A DNA stretch of 64,000 bases, from positions 628,026 to 692,025 of the forward strand of contig PDIP01000003.1 in assembly GCA_002811645.1 (NCBI GenBank). The letters are read 5' to 3'. The stretch is from Corallochytrium limacisporum Hawaii (lineage: Eukaryota > Protista > Pluriformea). Under the pieces are notes generated by a model. The model was not told where the DNA came from, made no database searches, and was given only the letters and a program-made list of their open reading frames with translations. Positions 21,883 through 30,684 of the stretch are shown piece after piece; within the stretch, counting starts at the first letter, position 1, and every line of letters starts with the position of its first letter. The position numbers and the translations under genes are program-made.

Positions 21883-23385
21883 TCATCGTACCTGAGCCTC
21901 GTAACCTGCTTGGGCTGCCTTGTATAACTTGCAGGCGTGGAGATGTCGGTTAAGCTCCAGCTTACGCGGGAAGCGGACCGCACACTGAGGCACCGGACAG
22001 AAGTATGTATACTGCTCAGGGGGCGTGTGCTTGAACAGTTTATGATTGCTCAGTGCTCCCGAGGTATGGAAGGCCTTACCACAATCTGGCTCCTCGCAAA
22101 TGTACTCCAAGCCCTCACCATGCTGGTTGGCCCAGTGGATTTTAAAGCTCGATTTCCGTGTGAAAGTGGCCTCACACATATTGCACACAATGTGTTCGTC
22201 CCGCTGGCCATCGCGTCGCATACGGTTTTGGTCACCTTGACGGCGCTTGTCCGGGCCATCAGGGGACAGCGGTGACATCGGTGGTGGCTGGGGGGTAGCC
22301 CGACCCCTGCGCTTGGTCTTAGGTTCGGGTGCTGCTGCGGCGGTGCCCCGACCCCGCTTCGCTACAGCGTTACGTCTCCTCGCGGGGGCTTTTCGATCCC
22401 TACCACTCACAGGTTCCGACTGTTGGTTCAGTTTTGCAACCTCTGCATTCTTCATGGTTCGTGCTGCGGGCATCTTGCCCGGCCCAATGCGTGCCTTCCG
22501 TTTACTGCCGGTGCCTACATTGGATGCTGCGGGCATCTTTTGCGGTGCTTTCGGAGGACGGCCCCGACGTGAGGCTGCAGTTGGCACAACAGGTGGTGGT
22601 GGGACAGCAACACTGCTTCGGATAGGTGGTGATGTGACCCTTTGAGAGCCTGTCCCTGTTGTGGGTGGTTGATTCTCCTCATGGCTGTCGGTCTGTACGG
22701 AGGACGGCTCGTCCATGGCACTGATTCGGCCCCGCCCTGAGCGCAAGTTCTGTTGATTGTTGCTTGATGGTGTTCGTTGTGGAGGAGGAATGCTCTCTGG
22801 GGATACTGGCGATTCAAATGGCATCGATTCCACAGACGGCCGTTGTTGTCGCCCATGCTGTGCGGAAGGCACCGCCGCGGCCTTGGGGGTCGCTGTGGCG
22901 GAACCCACAATTGGTCGTTGCGGGGCAGGTGCAACTGATTTCTGAGCCGAGGAATTGGATCCACCACTGATGGTGTTCAAGATGGCCCGTCGTTGCCCGA
23001 CTGGAAGACGCCGCGGTGCTCCCGTGTTCGGATCTACGACCTGCTCTAGGATCTCGTCCAGATCTTCCCTAGTCAGCATCTCAAGAGTTTCCAGGTCCAG
23101 CACGGACTCTTGTACAAATGCCTCTAAGAATGGTGCAGAAAGTCTGATCTTTTGGAAGAAGGCGGCAAGATCAGGAGAAAACTGGCCCATATCGAAGGGA
23201 ACTGCAGTCTGTCTATTGCCCCGTTCGCGCTGTGCGGCTGCGGCTGCTTGAGTCTGTGACCATGCATAATTGTCTGATCCCACGTAGTTATTTGCTGTCT
23301 GTCTATTGTCCGGTGGTACAAAGAAATTCTGTCGCCCTTGCCCATCGTACCGCTGGGTAAACTGCGGGTCGAAAATATCGGACAT
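21883..23385 (-). CDS. SAM-domain, AT-hook, triple C2H2 zinc-finger protein
   Basis: SAM-like DLAAFFQKIRL...LDLETLEMLTREDL...LPVGQRRAIL; RRGRPPK AT-hook; CNMC..F....F..H...H, CEEPDCGKAF.....L..H...H, CPVPQC...F.....L..H...C. Confidence 0.85.
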   Translation of the reverse strand: MSDIFDPQFTQRYDGQGRQNFFVPPDNRQTANNYVGSDNYAWSQTQAAAAAQRERGNRQTAVPFDMGQFSPDLAAFFQKIRLSAPFLEAFVQESVLDLETLEMLTREDLDEILEQVVDPNTGAPRRLPVGQRRAILNTISGGSNSSAQKSVAPAPQRPIVGSATATPKAAAVPSAQHGRQQRPSVESMPFESPVSPESIPPPQRTPSSNNQQNLRSGRGRISAMDEPSSVQTDSHEENQPPTTGTGSQRVTSPPIRSSVAVPPPPVVPTAASRRGRPPKAPQKMPAASNVGTGSKRKARIGPGKMPAARTMKNAEVAKLNQQSEPVSGRDRKAPARRRNAVAKRGRGTAAAAPEPKTKRRGRATPQPPPMSPLSPDGPDKRRQGDQNRMRRDGQRDEHIVCNMCEATFTRKSSFKIHWANQHGEGLEYICEEPDCGKAFHTSGALSNHKLFKHTPPEQYTYFCPVPQCAVRFPRKLELNRHLHACKLYKAAQAGYEAQVR

Positions 23386-24255
23386 AATATCGAAATGTGA
23401 TATATGTTGATTTGCGGATCAATTACCGTCGGAGGTGAAGATCTTTGCTACAGGTTGATGTCTAAGAAATACCTCACACTAGTCTCTGCTATTATCCATA
23501 GCACACAGAACAAGAGGATGGTTGGCAACGGTTTAATTGCCTGAGTCTGCAAAGAATCCGTCCTGAGCTGATAACGTTGTGTTGAGTTATGCTGAACTGG
23601 ACCCGCCCACAAGACCCAGACCTCTTGCGTATTGCGGCAGAGTAGAGATATGAAGCGCGACCGCGTACGACCCAGCCTTACCGAGAAGTGGCCCGAGGCC
23701 CCGTCACCAACCGGCCGTGCAGTACTGAGAGAACTGGAGCGGTCTTCGTCTGCCGCAATGCGCGGTATTGTAGAAATTTGCTGGTTTGCCCCAGCCGGTG
23801 CGCAATGTATACACACCATACTGCCTTCCAGTCCTGAAGGAATGCCAGCGTAGCAAAATTGTCCCGCGCCCATTCCTCTAACTGGACAATCAGGATTCGA
23901 TCGTCAGTGTACTGATAAATATGGAGTGCCGAATCCGAACCAAAGGATTCGCCTCTATAGAGTCTGGGGCTGCACGTAGTGAAGAAACCAGAGTCACCAG
24001 GGATGAGCCTCGGATGGGTCCCCCACTTAGGAGTGACTTGTCACATGGTGGAAGTCGGCCACCTACTCCACCCAACACATACCGCTTTGGTATTTCGGAA
24101 TCATGTGGTCATGCTTCAAAGACAACACAGGTAGTAACATGACGAGATCTGGAGACCATAGCAGTAGATACAATCAATAGAAAAGGTGAACTATGTAGAG
24201 CGGTGTAGCAAGAAATTGAAGTGGTCGGTAAACAAACCAAAGAAAGACTCCAGTC

Positions 24256-25212
24256 ATGACAATTCCGGTGTCAGTGTTTACAGGATTCCTGGGAGCGGGA
24301 AAGACGACAACGATCTTGAAGCTCATTCCACAATTGCCACAAGACTACCAGATGGTTCTGCTGAAGAATGAATTTGGGGATGTCAAGGTGGACAGTGAAC
24401 TTGCCAAGAGCTCCAGTCTGGCGGTGACGGAAATGCTGAACGGATGCCTATGCTGTGTACTTGTAGGGCAGATGAAGAATGCCTTGTTAGAGATTAAGGA
24501 AATGAATCCTGACCGAATCATTATTGAAACCAGTGGATCAGCATTCCCGGGCCCCATTGCCTGGCAGATTAGACAGATAGAGGAAGATGGATTCAAACTG
24601 GATTCCATTGTCACCGTAGTAGACGCAGAGAACTTTGAGGGCTACGAGGACCAGTCGTATACTGCAAAGCTTCAGGCTCAGTACACTGACCTCATTGTCA
24701 TTAACAAGCACGAGCATGTCTCAGAGCAGAGACTGGACTCAGTCATCGACCGGGTCAACGACCTCAACACGGATACCCCTCGAGTACTGTCCACCAATGG
24801 AGCGGTCGCCCCCGACCTGATCTTTGGTTTGGATACGAAACTCTTTTCAATTCTGAATGACACCAACATCATACCGTATCATCAAAGCGCAGAGGTCGAT
24901 ATTTACACAGTTGAGAAGCGGGGCGTCGATCCCGTAGACCGGGCAGAGTTTGACGCTGCTCTGGATACCCTGTCCAAAGAAGACTTTTACAGAGTGAAAG
25001 GCTTTGTACGCTTCCCTGATGGAATGTACATCCTGAACCATGCCTTTGGCCGCCGTGAATACCATCCCATAGCAAACTATGAAAAATGTGTATCCATGTT
25101 GCTTACATTTATGGGTCAGGATTTCTTCCGGCACCAGGATCACGTCAAACGGGTGTTCCGATTGGATGAGGGCGAGCTGGATTTTCATCGTGCAAAGCGG
25201 ATAGATCATTGA
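24256..25212 (+). CDS. COG0523/CobW-family (ZNG1/CBWD-like) metallochaperone GTPase
   Basis: TGFLGAGKTT, NEFG, GCLCC, IETSG, INK and C-terminal RVKGF. Confidence 0.92.
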   Translation: MTIPVSVFTGFLGAGKTTTILKLIPQLPQDYQMVLLKNEFGDVKVDSELAKSSSLAVTEMLNGCLCCVLVGQMKNALLEIKEMNPDRIIIETSGSAFPGPIAWQIRQIEEDGFKLDSIVTVVDAENFEGYEDQSYTAKLQAQYTDLIVINKHEHVSEQRLDSVIDRVNDLNTDTPRVLSTNGAVAPDLIFGLDTKLFSILNDTNIIPYHQSAEVDIYTVEKRGVDPVDRAEFDAALDTLSKEDFYRVKGFVRFPDGMYILNHAFGRREYHPIANYEKCVSMLLTFMGQDFFRHQDHVKRVFRLDEGELDFHRAKRIDH

Positions 25213-25540
25213 ATACACCGAACCCACGATATAGATACCCCGTAGATTGCTGAATAATGTAGACGGTGTTCTGTCCCATTCTAATGTTTATGAAACTAGG
25301 TTGTGATTTAATTATATGACATGCAAGTTTGTGTTTATGCCCCTTTGATTTCTACAAAATGGTATCACACGCATCCCAGCCTTAACTAATGAAAACCTGG
25401 ACGGGTGGATGATAGAACCCCATTCTGCGAGAAACTTTGAAAAAGATAAAAAGGAATTACGTTTGAATGTTGAAAATGCAATGGAAGACGTGAATAAAGT
25501 GTGGGAAGGAACAATTAAGCGCTTAAGATGTTGGAAGCAC

Positions 25541-26329
25541 TTAGTGTCCGGCACGCTTGCGCTCGAGGCGGCGGTCGCGCTCCTCAGCAATGGACAGCTT
25601 AACACCCTTACCCTTAGGCAAGCTAATCAGAACCTTCTCGTGGCCGAGAACGAAGACGTTCTTGGACAGAGTGGCGAAGGTGTGGCCAAGGCTATCCTTA
25701 ATGTGGACAGTGTCCTCCTGGCCGTCAGCCTTGTCCTTATGTACAAAGGTACCAACACGTCCCTTGTTGTGACCTCCGGTAATCATAACAGTGGAGCCGA
25801 CATCGAACTTCTCGAAGCCCTTGATCTTCTGCTCCTCCAGATCGAAGAGGATAGTGTCGTTGGCCTTGATCAGAGGATCAGGGTAGCGGATGGTACGGCC
25901 GTCGTGGGTAACACAGTAGGGAACACCCTCCTTGCCGACAGCAATGCGGCGGACCTTGCAGAGCTTGTACTTAGACTCCTCATCGGCAATGCGGTGGATG
26001 GTGTAGCGACCCTTAACGTCGTACAGCAGGCGGAAGTTCTCACCAGTCTTCTCAAGGGTAATGACATCCATAAATCCAGCTGGGTACAAGGGGTCGGCGC
26101 GAACCTTACCGTCGATCTTGACTTGGCGCATCTTGCAGATCATCTTAACCTCATGATAAGTCAGAGCATATTTCAGGCGGTTGCGGAGGAAAATAACCAA
26201 AGGCAGGCACTCGCGCTGCTTGTGGGGTCCCGAAGAAGGCTTAGGTGCAAAAGTACCCGAGAGCTTGTCAAGCATCCAGTGCTTGGGCGCTGCCAAGCGC
26301 TTCATATGTTTCTTTGGTCCACGAACCAT
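25541..26329 (-). CDS. RPS4: 40S ribosomal protein S4 (eS4)
   Basis: [23 protein letters not shown]...[12 protein letters not shown]...[16 protein letters not shown]. Confidence 0.99.
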   Translation of the reverse strand: MVRGPKKHMKRLAAPKHWMLDKLSGTFAPKPSSGPHKQRECLPLVIFLRNRLKYALTYHEVKMICKMRQVKIDGKVRADPLYPAGFMDVITLEKTGENFRLLYDVKGRYTIHRIADEESKYKLCKVRRIAVGKEGVPYCVTHDGRTIRYPDPLIKANDTILFDLEEQKIKGFEKFDVGSTVMITGGHNKGRVGTFVHKDKADGQEDTVHIKDSLGHTFATLSKNVFVLGHEKVLISLPKGKGVKLSIAEERDRRLERKRAGH

Positions 26330-27842
26330 AGTGGTAGTTTTGCTATGTATATATCAACCCGGTATGATCAACACAGTAAATGTTTGGTCTACTATCATGT
26401 CTTGATCATTTGTATAGCTGTCAATTTGTAGCTAGAGTGCAACCTATAAAAGATAACACAATGGAGGTATTTGTAAACCATGAGGAGTATGGCCATACGT
26501 GAACGGTCGCAGGAACCAGCACAGGTGCAACCCAGTGGAAGGTGCATACACTATACAGCCCGTCAAAAACATACTGCAATTCAATTGCAGAAGACCCCAT
26601 GGTATGGTACAGTAATACTGGCACATCCATGCGTTAGGTATAGAGCCCGAAGCAACCGGGACCCCCAGACAGTACATTTACATGGGAATGGTGGGCAGCT
26701 GCATTGTTTCACTATAAAAGTCAGGTCTTCGGTGACCCGTTCTGAATGTACTGTTCGAAACCGATTCCGAATAAAAAGAGAGGCTACAAAAGGCCAAAAT
26801 TGCAGGATGACATTCTGTTGAGAGAATTTCTGTATTTTTATTTGTGTGTGTTTTTTCTTTCTTCAGTTTTCTGTGTCCAGCGGGGAACTTGTGTGTGTAT
26901 ATTCAGAGAAATATGGCGAATCAAAAGTCATCCCACTTCCATAGTGAATGCATTGAAGCCAGTTTTTGTCAAGCATTTGGGCAGTAATACTGGAGTGAAA
27001 GCCAGAAAATAAACCCCTGGTTTTTGCTACAGTGACTGTGTACGTTAAGGGTCACAGTTGCGCGAGACCGCAGAAAGGTTCCCCTTGTTTGTGGGCTACC
27101 TTCGTATTAGCCAAGTAGAAACGCGTTGGGTCCCCGCTCTTAGTCGGGGCAGGTGTGGGTTTCTCCACCATTGAAAAGTGACACAGGCTACGGAGCGTGG
27201 GGCGCAGCAGCAGGTGCCTTACAGCGGAAGTGCTTAACAACCCCCCTACCCCGTCGCTTTTCCCGGCCCGAGAACATTGGGAACGGACGATTCCGTGTGA
27301 GCCTATGCTCTGAGAATGGCTCATCCGGAGCGTGTACATTTCGTCAAAACCCTACATGTTCACGTTGCGTATCTTCACATATCTCAATCTCAGTTACCGT
27401 TCGGATGGTTGTCTGCTAAAGCTTGACTGTCCGTCGATTTGCATGGAACAGACAAACCTTCCCCTGGTATTGGAACAATGCAAGGCAATCATCAGCCATC
27501 AACACAAAAGATATATATTATTGAATCAGCTTGGGCTCATCCTACGGAGAGTTTGAAAATTTCCTTGGCCAATACATTAATGTCGTCTTCTTTAACAAGT
27601 CATTCGTGGACCTAGAAATGTGTGCGCCACTTTGCGGGAGAGGCGAAGAGATCTTACTGTGAGATCATGTCAAGCTAGACGGGTCTTAAGCAGATATTCT
27701 CCTATAGATATTTCCTATTTCAGATATGGTAAACTAGCAATCGTTATCATCAACCAACTCAACATTAATCAATGCGTTACTGGCACAGAAAATAGTAATA
27801 ATTCCTTTTGACCTACACATGAGATATGTCTCATGGTGTTGC

Positions 27843-29930
27843 TTAACCCCGCGCCTCAAACACGACCTCGTCATCATCATCATCGTCGTCGTATGTGTCA
27901 CCAAGGTCGTTGAGTTCATGTTGGTCATCGCCCATTAGCCGTGTGAATTCGTAACGTCGTCCTAGTGGACGGTAGCCCTTGGTACGGCGCTTGAGACGGT
28001 AGAAGAAGAATGCACCAATGCTTAAACTTGCCACAGACAGAATTACACCGATGGCAACAATGACAATGCCCGCAGTGCTCCCGACGTGCTCCGATTCCAG
28101 CGGCACGCACATGCGATCAGTTCCGTTTGTGGCGCCAATGCCACCACTGCCCGCCTGATCATCTCGAGCATCGTGAAACCCATCGATGCAGATGCCACAG
28201 AACCCTTGGTCACCCACACTGCACACCTCGCGGTGCAAATCGAAACAATTTTCTGTACAAATTACGACACCAGTAAGGTAGGCCGCATCACCGTCCGACT
28301 GGAAGGCATCATACAGCTGACCCTCACCGGCCAGACGGCCGGTGATGAGTAGGGCGTTCTTAGCAACTGGTCCAAGCGCATTCACGCTTCCGGATCCCCG
28401 CTTGGGGTTGAAGAGGACAAGGTCCCAGACGGGTCGGTCCTTGTCATCAAACCCCATAACGAATGGGCCGGGTCCTTTCTCTTCCAGGGGGATACGGTAT
28501 GGTTTCTGTTTCTTTGAATCTTCATCAGTACCGGCGTCCAGACTCTCTGCTACAGCATCTCCCTTGCCCAGGTTGCCGCTCAGGGTGAAACCATTGATAA
28601 GATTGAAGGTCGCGCTGCTCAGATTGTCTTCTGCAGTGCTGCCGACCCTGGCAGCCCCCTTGGCGTGGCCGTCGCCGTCGATGCGCACCCAAAAGATGTC
28701 CTGATTTGCACTACCCAAGGAAGAACTTTTCGACACCTCGGGTAGGGACAGATCCCCGTTATACTCTCCAAGTAGGATCGCTTCGACAGCACTGGAGTCG
28801 TGAACAACATACCGACCGGTACTATAGTGATCCTTGCCACTGCTGCTGACGGCTATATTGTAGGTCCACTGCACTTGCGCAGTCGCATCAATCTCTGCAG
28901 CCCACCCAGCACTTTGGCCGTTACCCGCCGTGACAGTGTGAGATTCGTCGAAGTTGCACGTGCCCTTCACATCGCCGGATAACAGGAACCCATCGCATGT
29001 GCACATCACCACACTCCCAACAGTAATGCGGTTCTGTGCGCTGTCTCCAGTAATTATTTTTGGACAAAAGTCTCCCTTACCATACCCTTCACCGTCTTGG
29101 AGGCAATCACCAGTACCTGGGTCAAGGGCCACCAGGGCTAGACCATAACCATTCGGATCACCACTGGGCATTTGCTTTGTCTCTGACGTGTCCAAGGGAC
29201 CCCCACCACTATCTTGACTCACGTCAGTCAATCCAATCTCTCCGCGAAAGTTTACGGCAAGCAACAGAGTTTTCCCGTCTTTGTCAATGGCCATACCACC
29301 GCGCGTTAAGAGATCTTGCGATTCACTGTCACTGTTGCCAGAACCTTCCTTGTCCACTGCAATCACTCGGCCCCACTGCGGTATTAGATCCGCCAGCGAC
29401 AGACAGATCACGAACACTGCTCGATTGTGACCCTGCGGCACGGTCAGGTGGACCTGCTTGTTATCGGTGCCAAAGGATATATTGTGCTCGAAGAGACCCA
29501 TCAAGTATGCACGCTCTCCATGGTTCTGCAACGCGAATGGAATCGCCGGCTGGGGCGGTTCGTCCAAACCTTTCATGTCCATACTCGATGATCTCAGTTT
29601 GGCGAAAATTCCAGCCTTCATGCGACCGATAAATATGCTGGCCAACGACTCGCCAGTTTTTGGGTTCTTGTCACTTTGCAAAAGAATGCCATCGAAGTCC
29701 AGCTGGTCTGTATACTCACCCGCGATCAGCATTGTTTCACCGTAGTCTTGCAATGGCACTCCCACCATAAGGAGGCCTGCACTGCCCGGGTTTCCGACCT
29801 GTTGACGATAGCCAAAGTGGGCATACTGTGTGTTAGTGGCATAGTCTGCCGCCAGTACTGTGCTTACCAAAAGGCACATTGCCGCTGCAAAAACGCAGCT
29901 GCTCATTACAGACCAGCTGCAACGTATCAT
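27843..29930 (-). CDS. Type I membrane protein: signal peptide, beta-rich repeat ectodomain, Cys-rich juxtamembrane module, acidic tail
   Basis: Hydrophobic N-terminus; propeller-like G-x-F-x-G/D-x-x-G repeats; C...C.....C......C..C..GF....C; TM GIVIVAIGVILSVASLSIGAFFFY; tail with YRPL and DDDDDDDEVVF. Start 29930 or 29906. Confidence 0.75.
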   Translation of the reverse strand: MIRCSWSVMSSCVFAAAMCLLVSTVLAADYATNTQYAHFGYRQQVGNPGSAGLLMVGVPLQDYGETMLIAGEYTDQLDFDGILLQSDKNPKTGESLASIFIGRMKAGIFAKLRSSSMDMKGLDEPPQPAIPFALQNHGERAYLMGLFEHNISFGTDNKQVHLTVPQGHNRAVFVICLSLADLIPQWGRVIAVDKEGSGNSDSESQDLLTRGGMAIDKDGKTLLLAVNFRGEIGLTDVSQDSGGGPLDTSETKQMPSGDPNGYGLALVALDPGTGDCLQDGEGYGKGDFCPKIITGDSAQNRITVGSVVMCTCDGFLLSGDVKGTCNFDESHTVTAGNGQSAGWAAEIDATAQVQWTYNIAVSSSGKDHYSTGRYVVHDSSAVEAILLGEYNGDLSLPEVSKSSSLGSANQDIFWVRIDGDGHAKGAARVGSTAEDNLSSATFNLINGFTLSGNLGKGDAVAESLDAGTDEDSKKQKPYRIPLEEKGPGPFVMGFDDKDRPVWDLVLFNPKRGSGSVNALGPVAKNALLITGRLAGEGQLYDAFQSDGDAAYLTGVVICTENCFDLHREVCSVGDQGFCGICIDGFHDARDDQAGSGGIGATNGTDRMCVPLESEHVGSTAGIVIVAIGVILSVASLSIGAFFFYRLKRRTKGYRPLGRRYEFTRLMGDDQHELNDLGDTYDDDDDDDEVVFEARG

Positions 29931-30395
29931 AGTCACCAGTGTTTGCTTCCAATACTGTGTCCTAAACTTTGAAATACATCATAGTCCTGACGTGGACCGA
30001 AATCTCTTCGGAGATCCCTAGCCTTATATCTTATTCCGTTGTTCGTCGCTGAGATAACAAACAATTTGTGGTCACAGTTTGTTGTTGAGCTGACGAAGCT
30101 CATATAGCTGAGCGGAATTGTTGCGCACAGAAAACTTAATAAACGCACACTCAAAGCAACCCGAAACCTAACATTTCTTCAATTTCTTGTCAACATCCTG
30201 GGACTGAGACCCCTTCTCCGCTGCCAAAGGAAACAACAGCCATTTCCGACCCGCAAGAAAAGGGACGGGTCCTGACGCAGACTATAGCGAATGTATTGCG
30301 GAGTGCTAGCCGCTCCCCAGCCCGAGGGCCAGGGTGGGCTGCGGGGTTCGCCTGCAGGGGAGCGCGGGTTTCCCCCAGCAAATTCGCGGGCACCG

Positions 30396-30414
30396 CCCCC
30401 CCGGGGGGGGGGGG
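30396..30414. repeat. C7G12 homopolymer palindrome
   Basis: Read directly; lies in a divergent intergenic region. Confidence 0.9.
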
Positions 30415-30684
30415 TTCTGGAGGTAAGATTTTCTGCTATCAGGAGCACTGATGGTCAACCGTTTCAGCTAGAAAAGAATATAGTAACGCAGGTCTTGTCA
30501 GATGGATATGATATGGTCTGCACGGAGGCCAGGAGTGAAAATGGCGAATTTAGACAAGCCATGTGTATAATATCATGTCCTAACAACTACAGGAAACTAA
30601 CCGAGTACCCGTGATAAGGAACTCAATGTTATGACAAGGATGACCTGACTGCGGACGTAAATGGTTAACGATTAGTTGGCAACA

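Noticed and set aside
8831-25212. MMUT plus CobW-like gene as a B12 cluster
   Set aside because: They are 13 kb apart with unrelated genes between, and eukaryotic COG0523 proteins are generally zinc chaperones.
25409-26431. 340-aa ORF antisense to RPS4 (similar ORFs lie opposite MMUT, CDC48, MPP10 and HIS4)
   Set aside because: Shadow ORFs from codon bias in highly expressed genes; no recognisable motifs.
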